This document shows positions 29,055-39,005 of a stretch of 64,000 nucleotides of DNA, one piece after another (position 1 is the first letter of the stretch; the number at the start of each line of letters is the position of its first letter). The notes under the pieces are model-generated. The model searched no databases, was not told the origin of the DNA, and was given only the letters and a program-made list of their open reading frames with translations. The translations under genes were made by a program, and so were the position numbers. Source of the DNA: Candidatus Levyibacteriota bacterium (GTDB lineage Bacteria > Patescibacteriota > Microgenomatia > Levybacterales > UBA12049); the NCBI GenBank assembly GCA_027459745.1, contig DAIDHL010000001.1:13828-77827 (forward strand), read 5' to 3'.

Positions 29055-29058
29055 ACGT

Positions 29059-32000
29059 ATGAACTTAATGCATGAACTGAGTTACATTTTTTTAAATAAT
29101 GTTTCGGTTGACTCTTGGCAATTATATTCACCCATAGTTTTAATACTGCTAATGATAGTAGGATATGCCTTATCGCCCTTCATTAGAAAGCATTTGTTAT
29201 TTATTTATACATCGTTTTTAACTCTATTTATCCCTTTATATCCTAAGATTCCTATAGAAGGCGTACGCAATACTTTTGTATATCTAAGATTAGATGATAT
29301 TGCCGTGGCAATTGGAGTAGTATTATGGCTGTTTTATCTAGTTAAAAAGAAAACTACTTGGAAGACACCTTTAACTATTCCTATCTTAATATATTGGGTA
29401 ATAGGTTTAATTTCTACAGTAGTTGCTTTAATATTTATTTTCCCAACGCTTCCAAACGTATTCCCGCATAATGCGATACTTTTTTACTTGCGGCATATTG
29501 AATATTTAATTGTGTACTTTTTGGCCTTTTCAGCCATGCGAGATAAGAAATATTTGCCCTGGATGAGCGGTATTTTGGTATTTACAATGCTGTTAATAAT
29601 CGGATATGGATTTGGTCAGGCAAGATATCCGTCTGTCTTCTTGGCATATTCGACCATGAACGAACAGTTTGCCAAAGGTATTCCGTTGATTCTGCAATCA
29701 GGAGCTAGAATTCAGGCCACCTTTGCAGGTCATTATGATCTGGCTGCTTATCTAGTGCTCTTAATTCCTTTGATTGGTAGCTTAGTATTCGGGACAAAAA
29801 AATGGTACTGGAAGATATTGTTTATTCTGACTGCTTTGATGGGTTTAATTTTATTATTGCTTACAGCCTCCAGAACGTCTTATGCAGTATATATAGTTGC
29901 GGTTATCATGATGCTTATTTTGCAGAAGAAAAAGATTTGGATTGTACCAGTTTTGGTCGTAAGCGTGTTACTTCTGTTATCTTTTCATACATTAGCCCAA
30001 AGATTTGCTGATACCTTGACCCAGCAATCTGTAGTTATTGATGCGAGAACTCATCAGGTTGTAGGTTTGGCAAATCAGAATAAGAAGACTGGTAAGGTGA
30101 CTGTTGTAGAAAAAACCGCTGTAGGGCAAAATTTAGCTCCAGGAAGCGGGTATATTGTATCTAATACCCAACAACCTATTCAGAAAACCACGGACGTAAC
30201 TTTTAAGAAGACTACTTTGCGGGCCGGAAGTGAGTCAGCTCAAATTACTAACCTGCGTGGGGACTTTGTCGTGCAGAAGGCTTTAGCATATGATGATTCC
30301 TTTACGACCCGTTTTCAAGGAGAATGGCCCATTGCAATTGCTGCGTTCTTGCGTGATCCTTTGCTGGGAAGTGGATATTCATCTATTGGCTTGGCCAGTG
30401 ATAACAATTACTTACGTATGTTAGGAGAAACGGGCTTATTGGGATTTTTGTCATTTCTGTTCATTTTTCTTATGACTGGGATTTATGCCTATAGGGTATT
30501 GCCAGATGTAGATTCACCTTTGGCCAAAAGTATGGTTTTTGGTACTCTGTCAGGTATCTTTGGCTTGGGATTAAACGCTATTTTAATTGATGTTTTCGAG
30601 GCTTCCAAGGATGCTTATGCACTTTGGTTATTACTAGGTATAACCATAGGTATATTGTCTTTGTATCAAAAGCATAAAGTTAATTTTATTTCAGATTTAA
30701 AAATCTTAATTTCCACTCCAGCTGTCGCCGTCTATTTCTTAATCGCTTGTTTGGGACTATTTATTAATAGTTTGAATAATTTCTTTGTAGCAGATGATTT
30801 TACTTGGTTGCGTTGGGTAGCAGATTGCAATAAGGTAGTTGTAAATGGTGTTGGGACTTGTGAGTCTGTAAAAGTTACCTTGTTACACTTTTTTACGAAC
30901 GCTGGTGGATTCTTCTATCGTCCGATGGAAAAATTATACTTTTACTTTATGTACACGCTCTTTGGATTTAATCCCACACCTTTTCATGCAGTTTCTGTTA
31001 TTACTCATTGGCTAGTCACAGTATTAATTTACATATTATCTAAAAGATTATTTGCTAATAAAAAATTCCCCGCTTTCTTGGTGGCTGTAGTTTTCATGTT
31101 GCTTAGTAGTCATACAGAAGACATTTACTGGATTTCTGCATCGGGTCATCTATTCGTAGCTCTATTTAGTTTATTGGCTGTACTATTTTATGACAATTAT
31201 CGTTTACATAAAAAGAAAATACAACTTATTTTAAGCTTACTTGCAGCGCTTATTGCACCGATGTTTCATGAGTCAGGAGTTATGGCTTCTGTTCTAGTGC
31301 TGTTATATGCAATAGTAATGGATTGGAATAATCTGCATAAGAGGGGAGCAAAGATATGGAGCTATCTAGTATGGTTAATGCCATTACCAGTATATTTTGC
31401 GATGAGAATATATGCAAAAAGTATTTGGAGTGCAGGGGATTATAGTTATAACTTAGCCAAATTACCACTTAATTTCTTTGGCAACATTTTAGGTTATTTT
31501 GTTACTACAATGGCTGGTCTATCATTTGTTTCATCCTATACTTTTATGCGTGATTATGGTAAATCGCATGTTTTAATAGTCATTTTAATTCTTTTAATTA
31601 TTTTAGCTGTTTTGATTGGTATATATTTGTTATTAAGGAAATCTAAAAAAGCATGGAATTATAAATTAATATTAATAGGTTTATTATTTTTTGTGGTGCC
31701 TTTGTTGCCATTCTTGGGACTGGGAAATATGTCCCCAAGATATGAATATTTGGCCAGTTTTGGAATTATATTATTAGTTGTTTATTTATTAGAAAAACTT
31801 TTTAAAGCAGTTAAATTAAATAACACATATGCATTGGGACTAATAAGTGTTATTTTAGTAGGTTTATTTAGTTGGTATCACTATATACAAATTATAAATA
31901 CCAGTGAAGATTGGACTAAGGCTGGTCAAATAGCACAAAATTCCCTGGTGGAAATTTCTAATGAATATGCTCAGCCGGGTTCATTACCTCCGAGTCCTGT

Positions 32001-32250
32001 CTTTTATTTTAGTAATGTACCCGCCACGTATGGTAAAGCGTTAGTTTTTCCGACCGGTATGCAAGATGCAATATGGATGTATTTCCAGGATAAAAATGTC
32101 ATCGTAAAAGAGACGCCCAATATTAATATATCTATTAAAGAAGGCGAAGCCACTACTAGCGCTAGGTTTTATGAATTTGACAAAAATTATAATATCATCG
32201 AAACAGCTCGGACGGTAGTTACTATTACTAAAAATAAAAATGCAAAATAA
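29059..32250 (+). CDS. Very large (1063 aa) polytopic membrane protein in two parts. The N-terminal part is O-antigen ligase/polymerase-like (Wzy_C). The C-terminal part is a second multi-TM module that looks like a GT-C/PMT glycosyltransferase.
   Basis: The N-terminal module of about 10 TM helices carries an LLTASRTSYAVYIVAVIMM segment, matching the Wzy_C arginine region. There is a soluble loop at about aa 330-420. The C-terminal module of more than 10 TM helices carries a FFYRPMEKLYFYFMYTLFGFNP loop. Confidence 0.45.
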   Translation: MNLMHELSYIFLNNVSVDSWQLYSPIVLILLMIVGYALSPFIRKHLLFIYTSFLTLFIPLYPKIPIEGVRNTFVYLRLDDIAVAIGVVLWLFYLVKKKTTWKTPLTIPILIYWVIGLISTVVALIFIFPTLPNVFPHNAILFYLRHIEYLIVYFLAFSAMRDKKYLPWMSGILVFTMLLIIGYGFGQARYPSVFLAYSTMNEQFAKGIPLILQSGARIQATFAGHYDLAAYLVLLIPLIGSLVFGTKKWYWKILFILTALMGLILLLLTASRTSYAVYIVAVIMMLILQKKKIWIVPVLVVSVLLLLSFHTLAQRFADTLTQQSVVIDARTHQVVGLANQNKKTGKVTVVEKTAVGQNLAPGSGYIVSNTQQPIQKTTDVTFKKTTLRAGSESAQITNLRGDFVVQKALAYDDSFTTRFQGEWPIAIAAFLRDPLLGSGYSSIGLASDNNYLRMLGETGLLGFLSFLFIFLMTGIYAYRVLPDVDSPLAKSMVFGTLSGIFGLGLNAILIDVFEASKDAYALWLLLGITIGILSLYQKHKVNFISDLKILISTPAVAVYFLIACLGLFINSLNNFFVADDFTWLRWVADCNKVVVNGVGTCESVKVTLLHFFTNAGGFFYRPMEKLYFYFMYTLFGFNPTPFHAVSVITHWLVTVLIYILSKRLFANKKFPAFLVAVVFMLLSSHTEDIYWISASGHLFVALFSLLAVLFYDNYRLHKKKIQLILSLLAALIAPMFHESGVMASVLVLLYAIVMDWNNLHKRGAKIWSYLVWLMPLPVYFAMRIYAKSIWSAGDYSYNLAKLPLNFFGNILGYFVTTMAGLSFVSSYTFMRDYGKSHVLIVILILLIILAVLIGIYLLLRKSKKAWNYKLILIGLLFFVVPLLPFLGLGNMSPRYEYLASFGIILLVVYLLEKLFKAVKLNNTYALGLISVILVGLFSWYHYIQIINTSEDWTKAGQIAQNSLVEISNEYAQPGSLPPSPVFYFSNVPATYGKALVFPTGMQDAIWMYFQDKNVIVKETPNINISIKEGEATTSARFYEFDKNYNIIETARTVVTITKNKNAK

Positions 32251-33745
32251 AAAAATATTCTCTCTCATCTTACTATTTTTAATTCTGATAGGCGCATTTG
32301 TAGTTAGATTATACAGATTTAATAATCCAATCGCTGATTGGCATAGTTGGAGACAAGCAGACACATCTGCTGTTTCTAGATATTTTGTGCAACATGGGTA
32401 TGATATTTTACATCCACATTTTGAAGATATTTCAAATGTTCCTTCTGGCTTGGAGAATCCACAAGGTTATAGATTTGTTGAATTTCCAATATACAACGTT
32501 GAACAGGCATTTCTATCTCAAATGTTTCCGTTCTTGACGCTGGAAGAATGGGGGAGGATGGTGAGTATTTTAGCTTCTCTTTTAACTATAGTTTTTTTGT
32601 ATCTTTTAATTAAAAAATATACTGATAGTAATACTGCTATTTTCGTTGCATTCTTGTACGCTTTTATCCCTTACAATATTTACTATAACCGGACGATTTT
32701 GCCTGATACTTCTATGGTTACGGCAATTATTGGAGGAATATATTTTTTTGATAAGTGGCTTGAACAGCAAATAGTTATAAAAAATCATAAATCAACTATA
32801 AAGACTAGACTCATAAGTTTTATATATTTTGCACTGTCCTTATTATTTACAACCGCAGCATTTCTATTAAAACCTTACGCGTTATTTTTTACCTTACCAA
32901 TGATTTATTTGGCTATTATTCATTTTAGATGGAAGATTTTTTTACAGTGGAAATTATATATCTATCTAATAGTCTCAGTTGTGCCTTTAATCTGGTGGAG
33001 AAGCTGGATGCAACAGTGGCCTGCAGGTATACCTGCCAGTAGCTGGCTGTTTAATGGCAATGGAATTCGTTTTAAACCAGCCTATTTTTATTGGCTATAT
33101 GCTGACAGATTAGGCCGTTTAATTATGGGTTATTGGGGTATGTTTCTTTTTCTTTTGGGGATCTCATATATCAGTTCAAAAACTTTTTTTGAGAAATACC
33201 GTATTGCAGTTGGCTTACTTATCAGTTTTATTCTTTCAAGTTTTATATATATTACGGTTATTGCCACAGGCAATGTTCAGCATGATTATTATCAAATCCT
33301 TATAGTTCCAAGTATTGCTATATTTGCAGGTGTGGGTTGCTCTATGCTTTTTAAATCCTCAGGTTCGTTTATAAATCCTATTATGGCCAAGATTTTATTG
33401 TTTGTTACTTTAAGCTTTATGCTCTTCTTTGGTTGGTATTTTGTCCGAACGTATTTTGATATTAATAATCCCAGCATCGTGGTGGCAGGAGAAGCAGTCA
33501 ATAAATTAACTCCTAAAGACGCTAAGGTTATTGCTTCTTATAACGGAGACACTTCCTTTTTATACCAGACTAACCGTCAAGGATGGCCTGTTTTTGCGCA
33601 TAGTCTTTCAGAATTAATACAGATGGGAGCTGATTATATGATATTTGCCAATCCTGCTCCTAATGAACTTGCTTTTAAAAGTCAATACAGAGTGGTAGCT
33701 GAAACACCTCAATATATAATTTATAACTTACACGAGAAACCATGA
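32240..33745 (+). CDS. ArnT/PMT-family (GT39/GT83-like) polytopic glycosyltransferase.
   Basis: 501 aa, multi-TM, with an N-terminal VVRLYRFNNPIADWHSWRQADTSAVSRYF loop typical of the ArnT-like PMT_2 family. Confidence 0.55.
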   Translation: MQNKKIFSLILLFLILIGAFVVRLYRFNNPIADWHSWRQADTSAVSRYFVQHGYDILHPHFEDISNVPSGLENPQGYRFVEFPIYNVEQAFLSQMFPFLTLEEWGRMVSILASLLTIVFLYLLIKKYTDSNTAIFVAFLYAFIPYNIYYNRTILPDTSMVTAIIGGIYFFDKWLEQQIVIKNHKSTIKTRLISFIYFALSLLFTTAAFLLKPYALFFTLPMIYLAIIHFRWKIFLQWKLYIYLIVSVVPLIWWRSWMQQWPAGIPASSWLFNGNGIRFKPAYFYWLYADRLGRLIMGYWGMFLFLLGISYISSKTFFEKYRIAVGLLISFILSSFIYITVIATGNVQHDYYQILIVPSIAIFAGVGCSMLFKSSGSFINPIMAKILLFVTLSFMLFFGWYFVRTYFDINNPSIVVAGEAVNKLTPKDAKVIASYNGDTSFLYQTNRQGWPVFAHSLSELIQMGADYMIFANPAPNELAFKSQYRVVAETPQYIIYNLHEKP

Positions 33746-34941
33746 ATATTCTTGTAGTGAGCTCTTATCTGCCCTTCCCATTACATTCGGGAGGAGAGAC
33801 AAGGCTATATAATTTACTAAAGATTTTAAGCCAAAAACATAAAATAACTTTAGTTTGTGAAATGCGTTCTTTTCAAACTAAGCGGGATATTTTTGAACTG
33901 GAAAAATTTTGTCAAAGTGTCATCACAGTCCCTCGCAAAAAACAATGGAGTCTGAATAATATTTTAAAAACTGGCTTTTCTGCTAACTCTTTCTTAATAA
34001 CAGGACATACTAGTCAATCTATGAGAGATGCCATAACATCTATACTTTTTACACAGCACATTGATTTAATTCACGTAGAGACATCATATGTATTACAAAA
34101 TATTCCAGCAACTAAAGTACCCGTATTATTAGTTGAACATAATATAGAATACCTTGTCTATCAAAGATATTTGGATAAAGGAAATAAACTAAGTAAGCCT
34201 TTATTACAGGTAGATGTCAATAAACTTAAGCGTTTCGAGCAACATGCATGGCGAAGGGCTAGCAGAGTCGCAGCTGTTTCTCCGCAAGAAAGAGATGTAA
34301 TTAAAAAATTAAAATCTGATGTATCAGTTATACCAAATGGTGTGGACTTGGATACTTTCGCCATGAAACATGTACCTTCTTTCTTAAAAACAGTCAAAGA
34401 AAAAAGATTATTATTTATTGGTGATTTCAACTGGATTCAGAATAGAGATGCTGTCTCTTGGTTAATTTTGAAAGTTTGGCCTTTACTTAGAAAAAGATTT
34501 AGTGATAGTAATTTAAAGTTATGGATTGTGGGCAGGCATATTCCAGATAGTATTAAAAATATGTCTGGCCTGGATATTTTAGCAACAGAGTCCGCTCCCA
34601 GTGCCGCTGATGTATTTAGACAGTCATATTTACTACTTGCCCCGATAAGAGTAGGTGGGGGAACAAGTTATAAAATTTTAGAATCAATGGCATGTGGAAC
34701 TCCCGTTATTACTACCTCTCTGGGTGCTGAAGGAATTTTAGCAGATAAGGATAAAGACATATTAGTAGGAAATGAACCAAGTGAAATATGCGATATGGTG
34801 GAGAGGCTATTAGAAAATGATAAAATGTATACCAAAATTGCCGTAAATGCCAGAGAGAAAATCGAACAAAATTATTCTTGGTTAGGTATAGCTAAACAAT
34901 TGGATGAACTATATCACTTAACTGCAGTCACAAAAAAATAG
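33742..34941 (+). CDS. Glycosyltransferase family 4 (GT-B).
   Basis: Glyco_trans_4-like N-domain and C-terminal ESMACGTPVITTSLGAEGIL motif. Confidence 0.7.
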   Translation: MNILVVSSYLPFPLHSGGETRLYNLLKILSQKHKITLVCEMRSFQTKRDIFELEKFCQSVITVPRKKQWSLNNILKTGFSANSFLITGHTSQSMRDAITSILFTQHIDLIHVETSYVLQNIPATKVPVLLVEHNIEYLVYQRYLDKGNKLSKPLLQVDVNKLKRFEQHAWRRASRVAAVSPQERDVIKKLKSDVSVIPNGVDLDTFAMKHVPSFLKTVKEKRLLFIGDFNWIQNRDAVSWLILKVWPLLRKRFSDSNLKLWIVGRHIPDSIKNMSGLDILATESAPSAADVFRQSYLLLAPIRVGGGTSYKILESMACGTPVITTSLGAEGILADKDKDILVGNEPSEICDMVERLLENDKMYTKIAVNAREKIEQNYSWLGIAKQLDELYHLTAVTKK

Positions 34942-34968
34942 TAAATAATTTTAATTACTGATTTTAAA

Positions 34969-36360
34969 TTAGAAATCTTTTTTGAAAGGAAGTGTAAAAA
35001 GCTTATTATCCAAACAGTACTTTATTCGATTTAATATAGAAGTTGGGTAGTCTGTGGATAAATAGTCGAATTTTGGTCGATAATAAATGTTATTAATTGA
35101 GATACTGTCCACGTACGAATATAACTTATTTACAGCATCAGGAATACTTACGCCAGAGGCGGTTACGGGAGCAATGACTGTATCGTAACCAACATTGTAG
35201 TAATTGTCTTTTTTTAGAGCTAGTTCATAGAACCAAATATGTTCAGTGTATTTGTCTGGGAAATTAATTGAAATATTTGACTGATAATTGCCTGCTTTTA
35301 AATCTTGAATTAGATTGAACAATGTTATCGAAACTCCCACGCTTCCCAGTTTGTAAGGATTTTTTTTATTAACTACGCTTTCGAAATAATAAGAGAGATT
35401 GGGCATTTGTTCTAATGTAGTATAAAATGAGTTAAATCCAAATCTATTAGGACAAAATTCTCCAAAATATACTTTATTTGTTTTTCTATCAATCAACAAC
35501 GAAGCATCCCAGATGAATAATCCTTTATGTTTTTTTGCTATTTCATCGACAATCGGAGGGAAAGATAAATCATGAATTTTGCTATCCATACTTATCGGGA
35601 AAACTACATCCCCTGCACAGCCCACCTGGTATGAGAGATTGCCGCTACCTATAAACTTATTCTCAAACATGACTGTCATTCCTAGGGGTTGTCCATCATA
35701 ATAAATTTTTTCTGGAGTTATTTCTACTACATCTTCTATCTTCTTTTCTAAAATGAAACCAAACTTCTCATATTCGTGTTGGTTTTTATATAAGTTGTCA
35801 ATTAACTGTTTTCTTGCCTGAAGAGGATCATTTATAGGTGGAACAAATGTCGCGACAGAATCAGTCTGGGATTTTAGCACCCATACTTCTTTACTTTTAT
35901 TCAAAAAAGCTATAGCTTTATCAACAGAGTTAAATTTTTCTATTAACGATTCTGAAATATTAGGATAGTGTTTCTTAACGAATTCTTTTGCTTTATTCCT
36001 GTCCAATTCATACTCTCTATCTTCCTCTGTAGGGAATATGCCTTCAAATCCCATGGCCTGCAATTTTTGAGCGTATTTAAAAACATAATTAGATTCACAA
36101 ATGACAAAATAATCAGAAGGATTTTTGATTTTCTTAGCTTTTTTCAAGAAAACATCAGCATCGATCTTATTAATAATTTTGTTATATAAACTCAATCGTT
36201 GTTTTTTATCTAGAGGAGACTCTTTCTCAAAAGGTTCATTTGAAGTTCTGACATCTTTTAAATTTGCAATTTGGGCGAGTATTACTTCTTGACCTTCTTT
36301 TTGAAGTTTGTATGCAAGCGAGAAAATGAAACCTTCAAAGCCTATGATAATATATTTCAT
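34969..36360 (-). CDS. PurD-like (glycinamide-ribonucleotide-synthetase family) ATP-grasp ligase, paralog A.
   Basis: Segments are collinear with PurD. MKYIIIGFEGFIFSLAYKL matches the GARS_N MKVLVIGSGGREHALAWKL region. MGFEGIFPTEEDREYELDRNKAKEFVKKHYP matches AGLKIFGPT..A.LEGSKAFTKDFL. KVYFGEFCPNRFGFNSF matches PKVIEFNCRFGDPETQ. Confidence 0.5.
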   Translation of the reverse strand: MKYIIIGFEGFIFSLAYKLQKEGQEVILAQIANLKDVRTSNEPFEKESPLDKKQRLSLYNKIINKIDADVFLKKAKKIKNPSDYFVICESNYVFKYAQKLQAMGFEGIFPTEEDREYELDRNKAKEFVKKHYPNISESLIEKFNSVDKAIAFLNKSKEVWVLKSQTDSVATFVPPINDPLQARKQLIDNLYKNQHEYEKFGFILEKKIEDVVEITPEKIYYDGQPLGMTVMFENKFIGSGNLSYQVGCAGDVVFPISMDSKIHDLSFPPIVDEIAKKHKGLFIWDASLLIDRKTNKVYFGEFCPNRFGFNSFYTTLEQMPNLSYYFESVVNKKNPYKLGSVGVSITLFNLIQDLKAGNYQSNISINFPDKYTEHIWFYELALKKDNYYNVGYDTVIAPVTASGVSIPDAVNKLYSYVDSISINNIYYRPKFDYLSTDYPTSILNRIKYCLDNKLFTLPFKKDF

Positions 36361-36366
36361 GAGATT

Positions 36367-37830
36367 TTAAAAAGTGACCGGAAAAGGTAGTTTATATAGC
36401 TTTTTTTGTAATCCATATCTTAAACGATTTAATATTGAGCTAGGATAATCCAACGAAAGAAAATCTGATTTAGGGCGATAATAAATTCCTGCCAAAGAAA
36501 ATCCTTCAATGTTTTCAAACAACATTCTAGTCGCTTCATCAATAGAATGGCCAACTCCAGTTATTGGTGCAAGTTGCCAATCATATCCTACGATTCTCAT
36601 TTTATCATTTTTCTTTTTTTTGTAAACGTCCCAAGACCAGATGTGTTTAGAAGCTTCTTGAGTATAATTTACTGAAGCACCGGATAAAAGATGTCTCTCG
36701 GTCGGATCTCGTAATAAATTAAATAATGTAGTTGATACACCTACCGTACCCAATTCAAATGGATTTTCTTTTTTAACAATTTTTTCAAAAAAATAATGAA
36801 TTGAAGGTAATTGAGATAGACATGTAAAAAAAGAGTTATATCCAGGTCGATTAGGGCAAAATTCGCCAAAATAAATATCTCCTGTTTTCTTATCAATTAA
36901 TAAAGATGCGTCCCAAATAAACAGTCCTTTATGTTTTTTTGCCATTTTGTCAATTATAGGGGGGAAAGTTATCTTGTCGATTTTGTTATCTAAATCTATA
37001 GGAAAAACAAGATCAGCTGCACAGCCTGTTTGTAAAGATATATTACCGCTACCTATTTGTTTGTTTTCAAAATTTATAGTTAGAGATAAAAGTTTTCCGT
37101 CATAGTAGATTCTCTCTGGCGTGACCTCCGCAACAGAGATAATTTTCCTTTCCAGAATAAAGCCTGCATCTTCATAATAATCCTTAAATGCTTCCAGAGT
37201 TTCAATAACTTGCCATTTTGCAAGTTCGGGATCATCTGTGTTTGGTACGAAAGTCGGTGCCCATAAGTTTTTACCTTTAAGAACCCATACTTTATCTCCA
37301 TTATTTTCTTTTAAAAATTTCTTTCCTCTTCGGATAGTTCTAAATTCTGCTTTTTCTGCGATTTTAACATCCTTGTAATATTTTTTAACAAAATTTTTAG
37401 AGAAGTCTCTATCGACTTCAAATAAACGATCTTTCTCGGTTGGAAAATTCCCCCGTGTAAATCCTAGCGCCTTGACATGATCTGCGTATCTAAATAAATT
37501 ATTGTAGTCAAAAAAAACAAAGTAATTATCTTTATCTTTGATTCTTTTCATTTGTCTTAAAAGTTTTACGGCAGGAATCTTATTGATCATATTTTTGTAT
37601 AATGACAATCTTCTTTTTTTTTCAACACTGGTTTCGGAGTCATTAGTTTTTTTCTCAATTCTGGTTAAAGTTGTTTTTCTGTCCTCAACTATTCCCACAA
37701 TAACTTCTTGCCCTTCTTCTTGTAGTTTATGTGCAATTGGTAGTCCTTCTCCCGCATATGTGAAGATAATGTATTTCATACTAGTAATTAAAGAATAATT
37801 TCTGCGAAATTGCAAGAATTTATACAACAT
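36367..37830 (-). CDS. PurD-like ATP-grasp ligase, paralog B. The true start is probably the internal MKYIIFTYAGEG at about nt 37776.
   Basis: Same collinear motifs as paralog A: KALGFTRGNFPTEKDRLFEVDRDFSKNFVKKYY; DIYFGEFCPNRPGYNSF. It lies tandem to the ORF at 34969. Confidence 0.5.
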   Translation of the reverse strand: MLYKFLQFRRNYSLITSMKYIIFTYAGEGLPIAHKLQEEGQEVIVGIVEDRKTTLTRIEKKTNDSETSVEKKRRLSLYKNMINKIPAVKLLRQMKRIKDKDNYFVFFDYNNLFRYADHVKALGFTRGNFPTEKDRLFEVDRDFSKNFVKKYYKDVKIAEKAEFRTIRRGKKFLKENNGDKVWVLKGKNLWAPTFVPNTDDPELAKWQVIETLEAFKDYYEDAGFILERKIISVAEVTPERIYYDGKLLSLTINFENKQIGSGNISLQTGCAADLVFPIDLDNKIDKITFPPIIDKMAKKHKGLFIWDASLLIDKKTGDIYFGEFCPNRPGYNSFFTCLSQLPSIHYFFEKIVKKENPFELGTVGVSTTLFNLLRDPTERHLLSGASVNYTQEASKHIWSWDVYKKKKNDKMRIVGYDWQLAPITGVGHSIDEATRMLFENIEGFSLAGIYYRPKSDFLSLDYPSSILNRLRYGLQKKLYKLPFPVTF

Positions 37831-37886
37831 TGCTTATGTTTTGCTAATAAAATGGAGTTTAAACTCTTGTGATATACTAGCCATAT

Positions 37887-39005
37887 ATGAAAATTGGTAT
37901 TGATGTTCGTTTATGGAATGAAACAGGGGTAGGAAGATATATAAGAGAATTAGTAAAAAACTTATCAAAAATTGACAAGAAAAATAATTATGTACTTTTC
38001 GCTTTGTCTGAAAATATTGATGAAATAAATAATGTCATTGCAAGTAATTCATTCAAAATAGTGCAAGCAAATTTTCGTTGGCACAGTCTGGAAGAACAAC
38101 TATTATTCTCTATGGCAATTAAAAATGAAGGAGTGGACTTAATGCATTTTCCTTATTTTTCAGTGCCGATTTTATATAATTCACTTTTTGTAGTAACAAT
38201 ACATGATCTTATCTTAAATAACTTTCCAACAGGAAAAGCTTCTACATTACCGTTTTTTGTTTATCAAATAAAACGTTTTGCTTATAACGCTGTTATAGAT
38301 CATGCATTAAATAAGAGCAGTAAAATTATTGTACCCTTAAATGCAGTTAAGGCGGATATACTTAACAAATTTCATTTGAATGAGAATAAAATTGTAGTTA
38401 CCTATGAAGGGAGTTTAGAAGTATCTGATAATAAACGACATATTATTACTAATATTCCAAAGAAATATTTTTTACATGTAGGTAATGTCTATCCGCATAA
38501 GAACTGTGACCGATTAATAAAGTCATTTAAAAAATTGACAGAAGAACAGTTTGATGTAAACTTACTTTTTGTTGGTCGAGAAGATTATTTCATGAAAAGA
38601 TTAAAAAGTAATGTTGAAAATTTGAACTTGAGTAAAAATATTGTATTTGTAGGTGAGGTAACTGATCAAGAATTGAATTTTTATTATAGACAAGCGGTTG
38701 GTGTAGTAATTCCTTCTCTTATGGAGGGTTTTGGTTTACCTGCAATTGAGAGTTTGACAAATTCATCGCTAGTTTTAGCTGCTGATATTCCTGCACTTAG
38801 AGAGGTCTGTGGAGATAGTGCTATATTTTTTGATCCCTATAATGAGAATGATATTGCAGAGTCAATGAAAAAAGCATTAGAATTATCTCCCAATAAAAGA
38901 AAGGAATTATTACAGATTGGAATTACTCATATCAAACAATTCTCTTGGATAAGTATGGCTAAAAATACTTTAAAAATTTATGAAAGTTGCATTAGTCTAC
39001 GATAG
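37887..39005 (+). CDS. Glycosyltransferase family 4 (GT-B).
   Basis: EGFGLPAIESL...DIPALREVCGDSAIFFDP motif. Confidence 0.75.
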   Translation: MKIGIDVRLWNETGVGRYIRELVKNLSKIDKKNNYVLFALSENIDEINNVIASNSFKIVQANFRWHSLEEQLLFSMAIKNEGVDLMHFPYFSVPILYNSLFVVTIHDLILNNFPTGKASTLPFFVYQIKRFAYNAVIDHALNKSSKIIVPLNAVKADILNKFHLNENKIVVTYEGSLEVSDNKRHIITNIPKKYFLHVGNVYPHKNCDRLIKSFKKLTEEQFDVNLLFVGREDYFMKRLKSNVENLNLSKNIVFVGEVTDQELNFYYRQAVGVVIPSLMEGFGLPAIESLTNSSLVLAADIPALREVCGDSAIFFDPYNENDIAESMKKALELSPNKRKELLQIGITHIKQFSWISMAKNTLKIYESCISLR

